Translations under genes and position numbers: made by a program
Notes under the pieces: generated by a model
Database searches by the model: none
Told to the model about the DNA's origin: nothing
What the model saw: the letters and a program-made list of their open reading frames with translations, nothing else
Source: Haloferax volcanii DS2
GTDB lineage: Archaea > Halobacteriota > Halobacteria > Halobacteriales > Haloferacaceae
Direction of reading: 5' to 3'
NCBI RefSeq assembly: GCF_000025685.1
Contig: NC_013967.1
Span: 2,700,001 to 2,732,000, forward strand
Length of the DNA: 32,000 nucleotides
Part shown: in pieces, positions 1-6,115 of the stretch
Layout of the letters: every line of letters starts with the position of its first letter
How positions within the stretch are numbered: position 1 is the stretch's first letter

Positions 1-233
1 TTCGCGGCGTTCGAGGCGACGATGAAGTCGTCGAGCACGTCCTTCAGGACGCCCTCGTCGGCGACGAGCCGAATTTCCGGGAGGTCGCCGTCGATGTCTG
101 TCGCCACGGCGACGAGCCCCTCGATGACCTCGGCGGTCGGGTTCGCGACCAACACCTCGTCTTCCGACGAGGAGAGGACGGACTGGATGATGTCTTCTAC
201 CCCCTCAGCGAGTAGATTAGAACGAATAGTCAT
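1..233 (-). CDS. 5' part of a conserved acidic haloarchaeal protein, possibly a TbsP-type transcription regulator; runs off the left edge
   Basis: ATG at 233-231 on the minus strand. My own translation is MTIRSNLLAEGVEDIIQSVLSSSEDEVLVANPTAEVIEGLVAVATDIDGDLPEIRLVADEGVLKDVLDDFIVASNAA, open to position 1. It is absent from the ORF track because no stop lies in the window. Codons are GC3-rich. An AT-rich TATA-like stretch at 250-270 lies about 27 nt upstream. The TbsP assignment comes from my memory of similar N-termini next to glyA in Haloferax and is unverified. Confidence 0.6.
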   Translation of the reverse strand, partial: MTIRSNLLAEGVEDIIQSVLSSSEDEVLVANPTAEVIEGLVAVATDIDGDLPEIRLVADEGVLKDVLDDFIVASNAA

Positions 234-599
234 AGCTTGAATATCGCCGGTAATATATTTAATATTAACGCAAGACGACTGGCAGAACGTATTCGAAATC
301 GAGTTGTACTAACGCTGTATCGAGCGAATTGAGCTGCTAATTTCAGAAATTTTACGTCTATCGTGGAGTGGGAAAATCGGTTCCGAACCGAGGGACTCGG
401 TCGGAGCGTCGTCGTCACCCGCGGGGTCTGACCCGAGTCGTCTGTTCGGCCCGGAGACACGACGACAGAGGCGGGTCTCGCGCGTTCGTGTATCTGTTCG
501 CGGTAGCACGCCACAGAATATACATGGGTGTGCAACACAACACCGGCAGGCGTAGCCAAATGGGACACATTTATGCCGTGATTGGACCGGATACTACGT

Positions 600-1847
600 A
601 TGGACTACAGCCACGTCCGCGACGTCGACCCCGCCGTGGCAGACGCCCTCGACGGCGAGGTCGAACGCCAGCGCGACACGCTCGCGATGATCGCCTCGGA
701 GAACCACGTCAGCGAAGCGGTCCTCGAAGCGCAGGGGAGCGCGCTGACGAACAAGTACGCCGAGGGCTACCCCGGCAAGCGCTACTACGCTGGCTGTGAG
801 TACGCCGACGACGTGGAGACCCTCGCCGTCGAGCGCGCGAAGGAACTCTGGGGCGCGGAGCACGTCAACGTGCAGCCCCACTCCGGCACGCAGGCCAACA
901 TGGGCGTCTACCTCGCCATGCTCGACCCCGGCGACAAGATTCTCTCCTTGGACCTGACTCACGGCGGCCACCTGAGCCACGGTCACCCCGCGAACTTCAC
1001 GGGCAAGCTCTACGACGTCGAACAGTACGAAGTCGACGCCGAAACCGGCCACATCGACTACGACCAGCTCGCGGAGAAGGCCGCGGCGTTCGAGCCGGAC
1101 ATCATCGTCTCCGGCTACTCCGCGTACCCGCGGGCCGTCGAGTGGGAGACGATTCAGGAGGTCGCAGACGACGTTGACGCGCTCCACCTCGCCGACATCG
1201 CCCACATCACGGGCCTCGTCGCGGCCGGCGTCCACCCCTCGCCGGTCGGCGTCGCGGACTTCGTCACCGGCTCGACCCACAAGACCATCCGCGCCGGTCG
1301 CGGCGGCATCATCATGTGCGACGAGAAGTACGCCTCCGACATCGACAGCGCCGTCTTCCCCGGCGCGCAGGGCGGCCCCCTCATGCACAACATCGCCGGC
1401 AAGGCCGTCGGCTTCAAAGAGGCGCTTCAGCCCGAGTTCGAGGAGTACGCCCAGCAGGTCGTCGACAACGCGAAGGCTCTCGCCGAGACGTTCGAAGACC
1501 ACGGTCTCAGCGTCGTCTCCGGTGGCACCGACACGCACCTCGTGCTCGTCGACCTCCGCGACTCGCACCCCGACCTCACCGGCGGCACCGCCGAGGAGGC
1601 GCTCGAATCGACGGGCATCGTCCTCAACGCGAACACCGTCCCCGGCGAGACGCGCTCGGCGTTCAACCCCAGCGGTATCCGCGCCGGCACGCCCGGGCTC
1701 ACCACCCGCGGCTTCGGTGAAGACGAGATTCGCGAAGTCGGCGAACTCATCGTGAAGGTCGTCGACGCCCCCGAAGACGACGACGTGCTCGCGGAGGTCT
1801 CCGAGCGCGTGCAGGAACTCTGCGACGCCAACCCGCTGTACGAGTAA
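600..1847 (+). CDS. glyA: Serine hydroxymethyltransferase
   Basis: Full-length SHMT-like protein with ASENHVS, NKYAEGYPGKRYYAGC and the PLP-lysine region GSTHKTIRAGRGG. The track start at 582 is a TTG. The ATG at 600 (MDYSHVRDVDP) has an ATTTAT TATA-like box about 25 nt upstream, which suggests a leaderless transcript. Confidence 0.95.
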   Translation: MDYSHVRDVDPAVADALDGEVERQRDTLAMIASENHVSEAVLEAQGSALTNKYAEGYPGKRYYAGCEYADDVETLAVERAKELWGAEHVNVQPHSGTQANMGVYLAMLDPGDKILSLDLTHGGHLSHGHPANFTGKLYDVEQYEVDAETGHIDYDQLAEKAAAFEPDIIVSGYSAYPRAVEWETIQEVADDVDALHLADIAHITGLVAAGVHPSPVGVADFVTGSTHKTIRAGRGGIIMCDEKYASDIDSAVFPGAQGGPLMHNIAGKAVGFKEALQPEFEEYAQQVVDNAKALAETFEDHGLSVVSGGTDTHLVLVDLRDSHPDLTGGTAEEALESTGIVLNANTVPGETRSAFNPSGIRAGTPGLTTRGFGEDEIREVGELIVKVVDAPEDDDVLAEVSERVQELCDANPLYE

Positions 1848-1944
1848 GCGACGCTCGCAGGCGGCCACTGCGGCCCGACGTTCGGCTTTTCAAACCCCTC
1901 TCCCGAGTAACACTATTAGCCGCGCCGCCGTATCACCGTCCGAT

Positions 1945-2244
1945 ATGGCTCCGATTCGTCGGCTCGTTCTCGACGTGTTGAAACCGCACAGCCCCTCGAC
2001 GGTGGAGGTCGCCCGCGAGGTCGCGGACGCGGCCGGCGTGGCCGGCGTGAACGCGACGCTCCTCGAAACCGACCGCGAGGTACAGAACCTCAGGCTCGTC
2101 GTGGAGGGCGAGGCCATCGACGCCGACGAGGTCGAACGCCGCGTCCGCGACCTCGGCGGGACGGTCCACTCGGTGGACGAAGTCGTCGCCGGCGAGACGC
2201 TGGTGGAGTACCGAAACCAGCCGCAGGACCCGTCACCGTCGTGA
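1945..2244 (+). CDS. DUF211-family small protein
   Basis: 99 aa: MAPIRRLVLDVLKPHSPSTVEVAREVADAAGVAGVNATLLETD...IHSVDEVVAG. This matches my recollection of the archaeal DUF211 pattern (RRLVLDVLKPH ... GVNxT ... SxDEVVAG). A TATA-like ACTATTAG lies about 27 nt upstream. Confidence 0.8.
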   Translation: MAPIRRLVLDVLKPHSPSTVEVAREVADAAGVAGVNATLLETDREVQNLRLVVEGEAIDADEVERRVRDLGGTVHSVDEVVAGETLVEYRNQPQDPSPS

Positions 2245-2813
2245 TGTTCGGTCGACTCGGCGCGCTCCTGCGCGACGACCGCGTCCGCGCCATCTCCCGG
2301 CGGTACTTCGTCTCGAACGGCTTCGACGGCGCGCTGACCTGCATCGGTCTCGTCATCGGCGCGTACCTCACCGGCGTCACGGACGGGGTGACGGTCGTCG
2401 AAATCGGCGTCGGCGCGGCGGTGGGGCTGACGACCTCCGGCGTCTGGAGCGTCTGGGAGATAGAGCGCGCTGAAAAGCGGGCCGAACTCGGGCGCATCGA
2501 AGACGCCATGCTGGCCGACCTCGGCGGGACCGCGGTCGAACGCGACCAGGTCGCGGCGCGGGGAATCAACGCGGCCGCAAGCGGACTCGGCCCGCTCGTC
2601 GGCATCGTCGTCCCGCTCCTCCCGTTTCTCGCGGTCGGCACGCTGCTGACGATGACGTGGGCGACGCTCGCCTCGGTCGGCCTCGGAACGGCCATCCTCT
2701 TTGCGTTCGGCGCGTACATGGGGTCGATATCGGAACAGCGGTGGTACGTCGCCGGCCTGCGGATGGCGCTGGCGGGCGTCGCGGTGGCCGCCGTGAATCT
2801 GCTGTTCGGGTGA
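2244..2813 (+). CDS. VIT/CCC1-like (TIGR00267-type) integral membrane protein
   Basis: About 189 aa, polytopic and hydrophobic, with an N-terminus (RYFVSNGFDGALTCIGLVIG) typical of the VIT-family proteins that commonly follow DUF211 genes in archaea. The start overlaps the DUF211 stop (gTGATG: GTG at 2241 or ATG at 2244, TGA at 2242-2244), which implies translational coupling. Confidence 0.7.
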   Translation: MFGRLGALLRDDRVRAISRRYFVSNGFDGALTCIGLVIGAYLTGVTDGVTVVEIGVGAAVGLTTSGVWSVWEIERAEKRAELGRIEDAMLADLGGTAVERDQVAARGINAAASGLGPLVGIVVPLLPFLAVGTLLTMTWATLASVGLGTAILFAFGAYMGSISEQRWYVAGLRMALAGVAVAAVNLLFG

Positions 2814-2912
2814 CCGCAGATGGCCACAGACGTGTATATTTTGCTTCTCTCGTCTCCAAGAATACGCACGAATTCGAATCTTTGAAATGCCCGGAGCGCG
2901 CTGTCTGAGACA

Positions 2913-3806
2913 ATGACGACCATCATCGACGGCAACGCCGTCGCCGAGGAGATTCGCGACGGGCTGGCCGACGCCATCGACGCGCTCGACGAGGCCGGCG
3001 TGAAGCCGGGGCTCGCCACCGTGCTGATGAGCGACGACCCCGCCAGCGAGACGTACGTCTCGATGAAACAGCGCGACTGCGAGGAGGTCGGCATCGAGGC
3101 GTTCGACTACGAACTCGACCCCGAGACGCCCGCCGACGAGCTGTACTCGCTCGTCGACGACCTCAACGACGACGACGAGGTCCACGGCATCCTCGTCCAG
3201 ATGCCCGTCCCCGACCACGTCGACGACCGGACGGTCCTCCGCCGCATCGACCCCGCCAAGGACGTCGACGGCTTCCATCCCGAGAACGTGGGCCGCCTCG
3301 TCGCCGGCGACGCCCGCTTCAAGCCCTGTACGCCCCACGGCGTCCAGAAGCTCCTCGCCGCCGCCGACGTGGAGACCGAGGGCGCGGACGTGGTCGTCGT
3401 CGGTCGCTCGGACATCGTCGGCAAGCCGATGGCGAACCTGCTCATCCAGAAGGCCGAGGGCGGCAACGCCACGGTCACGGTCTGCCACTCCCGCACTGAC
3501 GACCTCGCCGCAAAGACCCGCGAGGCCGATATCGTCGTCGCGGCCGCAGGCGTCCCCGAACTCGTCACCGGCGACATGCTCTCCGAGGGCGTCGTCGTCA
3601 TCGACGTGGGCGTCAACCGTGTCGACGCGGACAACGAGAAGGGCTACGAGCTCGTCGGCGACGTGGAGTTCGACTCCGCGAAGGAGAAGGCCAGCGCCAT
3701 CACACCGGTCCCCGGCGGCGTCGGCCCGATGACCCGCGCGATGCTCCTCTGGAACACCGTGAAGGCCGCCGCCGAGGCCGAGGGCGTCGACGTCGACCTC
3801 CCCTGA
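2913..3806 (+). CDS. folD: Bifunctional methylene-THF dehydrogenase / methenyl-THF cyclohydrolase
   Basis: 297 aa with FolD motifs: YVSMKQRDCEEVGI, GILVQMPVP, DVDGFHP, PCTPHG, VVVGRSDIVGKPMANLL and PGGVGPMT. Confidence 0.95.
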   Translation: MTTIIDGNAVAEEIRDGLADAIDALDEAGVKPGLATVLMSDDPASETYVSMKQRDCEEVGIEAFDYELDPETPADELYSLVDDLNDDDEVHGILVQMPVPDHVDDRTVLRRIDPAKDVDGFHPENVGRLVAGDARFKPCTPHGVQKLLAAADVETEGADVVVVGRSDIVGKPMANLLIQKAEGGNATVTVCHSRTDDLAAKTREADIVVAAAGVPELVTGDMLSEGVVVIDVGVNRVDADNEKGYELVGDVEFDSAKEKASAITPVPGGVGPMTRAMLLWNTVKAAAEAEGVDVDLP

Positions 3807-3856
3807 GTTCGGAGCGGAACGCGAGCCCGCGTCCACAGGCCGATTCGGCTCCCGGT

Positions 3857-3886
3857 CGGGCGCTGACGCCCGCCCAACCGATTTTT
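3857..3886 (+). terminator. Hairpin plus T5 run downstream of folD
   Basis: CGGGCG-ctga-CGCCCG forms a 6-bp stem (3857-3872), followed by TTTTT at 3882-3886. Archaeal termination at oligo-T is established. The hairpin's role is an inference. Confidence 0.45.
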
Positions 3887-3887
3887 C

Positions 3888-4121
3888 TCACTCGTGCGTC
3901 GCCACGAGCAGTCGGTCGCCGTCCCGCCGGACGCAGAATCGGGTGTCGGCGTCCACGTCGAAGCTGTGCGCGGTTCGGTCGGAGATGAGCAGTTGCGAGA
4001 AGTCGTCGCCGCAGGCCGGACAGGCCACGCCGTCGCGGTTCTCGACGAGCATCGTGTCGCCGTCGTCGCGGAGTAGTTTCACCCGGTGGCGAACCTCGTG
4101 GATGTCGAATCCGGCAGTCAT
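3888..4121 (-). CDS. Small (77 aa) CPxCG-type zinc-finger protein
   Basis: Only the last 77 codons of the 351-aa track ORF look real: MTAGFDIHEVRHRVKLLRDDGDTMLVENRDGVACPACGDDF... The ATG is at 4121-4119. The upstream part of the ORF is Arg/Pro-rich and overlaps the next gene out of frame. An AT/T-rich TTAACGTTTTT lies about 25-30 nt upstream. Confidence 0.65.
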   Translation of the reverse strand: MTAGFDIHEVRHRVKLLRDDGDTMLVENRDGVACPACGDDFSQLLISDRTAHSFDVDADTRFCVRRDGDRLLVATHE

Positions 4122-4174
4122 CGTCTGCGAAGGGTCGCCGCGGGGCAAAAACGTTAACGCGGTGGTCGGCGGCC

Positions 4175-4885
4175 TCAGAACAGCGCCGCGAGCGTGTCGC
4201 GGGCCGACGCGAGCGCGTCGAGGTCGTTGTCGATGAGCGCGGTGTGAATCTCGCGGGCGGCCTCGACGAGCGCCTCGGACTCCGACAGCGAGACGGCCCC
4301 GTCGAGCGCCTCGACGCGTTTGCGGTGGTTCGAGAGGGTTTCGAGCGTCGTCCTGACCTCGGGGTTCGGGTTGTCGTCGAGCCACGTCGAGAGGTCGCGA
4401 CAGTAGGCGTCGATGGCCTCGGCGTAGGCGAGACCGCGGGCGTCGGTCATCGAGTCGGGCACGGGGTCCGGCGCGAGGCGTTCGCCCTCGTCGGCGCGTT
4501 GGAGCAGGCTGATGACGTAAAGCTGTTCGTCGTCCGTGGGTCGGTTCGACCGGGCGACCACGTCGACCGCGTGGAGGAGTTCGTGGGCCGCGAGCGGGGT
4601 GTCTCCGAGGGGGAGCAGTTCGCCCCCGCGGATGTAGCCCGTCTGCCGGACGTAGTCGCGGAGGTCGGATTTCAACGCCGGCGCGGCGTCTCGAATCGAC
4701 CCGTCGCCGACGGCGGAGCGGTGCGCCGAGAGATCGAGGTCGGTCTGCGTGGCGGTGTGGCGCTCCCTGCCGCCAACGCCGACGCTCCGGAGGCTCCCGC
4801 ACTGCGGGCACGATACGCTTCCCGTCTCGTAGTACGACCATCGGTGGTCGCACTCCTTGCACTCGCGCTCGCCGCGTATCTCCAT
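4175..4885 (-). CDS. Zinc-ribbon (CxxC...CxxC) protein with a helical C-terminal domain, function unknown
   Basis: 236 aa from the ATG at 4885: MEIRGERECKECDHRWSYYETGSVSCPQCGS... A CTTTTG TATA-like box lies 24 nt upstream of this ATG. The protein has acidic, haloarchaeal-type composition and contains HELLH (HExxH) at residues 101-105 (nt 4571-4585). Confidence 0.75.
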   Translation of the reverse strand: MEIRGERECKECDHRWSYYETGSVSCPQCGSLRSVGVGGRERHTATQTDLDLSAHRSAVGDGSIRDAAPALKSDLRDYVRQTGYIRGGELLPLGDTPLAAHELLHAVDVVARSNRPTDDEQLYVISLLQRADEGERLAPDPVPDSMTDARGLAYAEAIDAYCRDLSTWLDDNPNPEVRTTLETLSNHRKRVEALDGAVSLSESEALVEAAREIHTALIDNDLDALASARDTLAALF

Positions 4886-5029
4886 GCGACCGGGTTGGCT
4901 CCGACGGCGCAAAAGCACGGCGACCCGACGCGGAGAGCATCAAGAGTGAGGCGAGTCGACGCGGCCGCGAGCGGTCGCCAGTCGAGACGACCGCCGGGCT
5001 ACATACGTCCGGCGGCCCACCGTCGGCGT

Positions 5030-5176
5030 ATGCGAAGCGAATCCGAAGTTCGAGAGCAGTACGAGTTCCTGAAGCATGAACTTGACTCCGAGGAGATGCG
5101 ACACGAAGGTGTCAGAAAGCTCATGACGCACTACAAGCGGGCGCTCGGCTGGGTGTTGGAAGAAGAGCATATGTGA
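5030..5176 (+). CDS. Small (48 aa) helical hypothetical protein
   Basis: MRSESEVREQYEFLKHELDSEEMRHEGVRKLMTHYKRALGWVLEEEHM is the C-terminal, plausible part of a spurious 310-aa track ORF. The ATG at 5030 has a TACATA TATA-like element about 24 nt upstream. GC looks lower than in neighbouring genes. I recognise no family. Confidence 0.45.
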   Translation: MRSESEVREQYEFLKHELDSEEMRHEGVRKLMTHYKRALGWVLEEEHM

Positions 5177-5185
5177 CTAACCAAA

Positions 5186-5227
5186 CATAACTCTTCGAAC
5201 ATAACTCTTCGAACATAACTCTTCGAA
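5186..5227. repeat. Perfect 3 x 14-bp tandem repeat (ACATAACTCTTCGA)
   Basis: Read directly: acataactcttcga occurs at 5186-5199, 5200-5213 and 5214-5227, followed by a partial fourth unit (aca). It begins 10 nt after the stop of the small ORF. Each junction creates a TTCGAA palindrome. Confidence 0.95.
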
Positions 5228-5349
5228 CAGAACGAAATCGACGAACGCCGGAATTCGGCGCGTACGTACCACTCAGATGGACAGTTAGCACCATTGTCAA
5301 CCCTTGGCACGCGTCGTTATCTTTAAGTGAAACCGAACAGTAGCCGTAA

Positions 5350-5572
5350 GTGACGCTTCGCTTTGGAGGGCCGAAGCGTCAGCGGGGACCAATTCAGGGC
5401 GGCATGCCGTGCCGGAGATTTCCGGCACGGCTTGCTTTCCTTCTGCGCGAAACTACGACCTGAGATCGGCAGGTCCGTCTCACTCGCCGTCCGAAAACGA
5501 GCTCCTGATTCCGAGTCGGCCGACTGTCTCCCCGGAACTGTCGAGGAGTTTCCTCGACCGGCGGGATTTTCG
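5350..5572 (+). ncRNA. Candidate ~220-nt structured non-coding RNA; family unknown, strand uncertain
   Basis: A TATA-like TTATCTTTAAG at 5318-5328 would put a TSS near 5350. The helices are: GACGCTTCG/CGAAGCGTC (5353-5381), a 10-bp perfect stem GCCGTGCCGG/CCGGCACGGC (5407-5432, extendable to 5403-5436), GACCTG/CAGGTC (5458-5476), the palindrome AGTCGGCCGACT (5514-5525), and a terminal 8-bp hairpin GTCGAGGA-gtt-TCCTCGAC (5541-5559) followed by TTTT at 5568-5571. Both overlapping track ORFs are non-acidic and look non-coding. Confidence 0.3.
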
Positions 5573-5813
5573 TTCCGAACAGCCGTGCTATGTTCACTGA
5601 TAACAATTAACAATATCGTCGCGCGAACCACGAGAGTCGTCCAGTTGTGGACATATCCAGTCCTCGAAACGGACACTCCGGAATATTAGTAAGATTAATA
5701 ACATAATCGCGTCCAGAAGATTTCGGAGACTGGCGCGGTTTCGAGGGTGAATCGTCGGTCGAGGCCGATATGCTTATCTGAATTAGACAGTAACATACGA
5801 GTCGAATTTACCG

Positions 5814-6101
5814 ATGTACGACCTGACAGGATTCCAGCGAGACCTGCTGTACGTCATCGCTGGTCTCGAAGAGCCGCACGGACTCGCCATCAAAGAAGAA
5901 CTCGAAGCCTACTACGAAAAGGAGATTCACCACGGGCGGCTCTATCCCAACCTCGACACGCTCGTCGAGAAGGGGTTGGTCGACAAGGGCCAGCGCGACC
6001 GCCGAACCAACTACTACACGCTCACCCGCCGCGGTCGCCGCGAAATCAAGGCCCGCGACGAGTGGGAAGCGGAGTACGTCCCCGAAGACTTCGAGGCGTG
6101 A
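5814..6101 (+). CDS. PadR-family winged-helix transcription regulator
   Basis: 95 aa: FQRDLLYVIAGLEEPHGLAIKEELEAYYEKEIHHGRLYPNLDTLVEKGLVDKGQRDRRTNYYTLTRRG, the typical PadR wHTH pattern. Confidence 0.85.
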   Translation: MYDLTGFQRDLLYVIAGLEEPHGLAIKEELEAYYEKEIHHGRLYPNLDTLVEKGLVDKGQRDRRTNYYTLTRRGRREIKARDEWEAEYVPEDFEA

Positions 6102-6115
6102 GCGAACGACCCGGG

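Noticed and set aside
370-500. Possible ZTP (pfl), THF or glycine riboswitch upstream of glyA/folD
   Set aside because: The idea is attractive because bacterial ZTP riboswitches control glyA/folD. However, I could not find the conserved 3' CCGCCUGGGC-type element or the other core motifs I remember. glyA also appears leaderless, with its TATA box downstream of this region. I kept it only as an unexplained structured region.
594-3836. Long minus-strand ORFs (594..1868 and 1890..3836) opposite glyA, DUF211, VIT and folD
   Set aside because: Their Val/Gly/Asp/Ala/Arg-rich translations are mirror images of genuine GC3-rich genes, and the sense-strand genes have unambiguous homology.
4122-4943. 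Upstream 274 codons of the 351-aa ORF 3888..4943 (-), and ORF 4244..5176 (+)
   Set aside because: They are out of frame with, or antisense to, the zinc-ribbon gene and are Arg/Pro-rich. Only the terminal segments (3888-4121, and 5030-5176 on the plus strand) have plausible composition and promoter spacing.
5186-5227. Tandem repeat as a CRISPR array
   Set aside because: The units are only 14 bp, directly abutting with no spacers, and there are no cas genes in the window.
5350-5572. Identification of the structured element as SRP (7S) RNA, RNase P RNA, tRNA or C/D-box sRNA
   Set aside because: It lacks the GGAAGCAGCC-like helix-8 motif, GAGGAAAGTCC, a cloverleaf with a GTTCGAATC T-loop, and RUGAUGA/CUGA box pairs. 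It remains unclassified.
5638-5680. ORB-like sequence (GTCCAGTTGTGGAC ... TCCAGTCCTCGAAAC) flanked by AT-rich tracts, suggesting a replication origin
   Set aside because: It only loosely resembles the haloarchaeal origin recognition box core (TCCAGTGGAAAC). There are no repeated or inverted ORB copies with G-strings, and no orc1/cdc6 gene is nearby.
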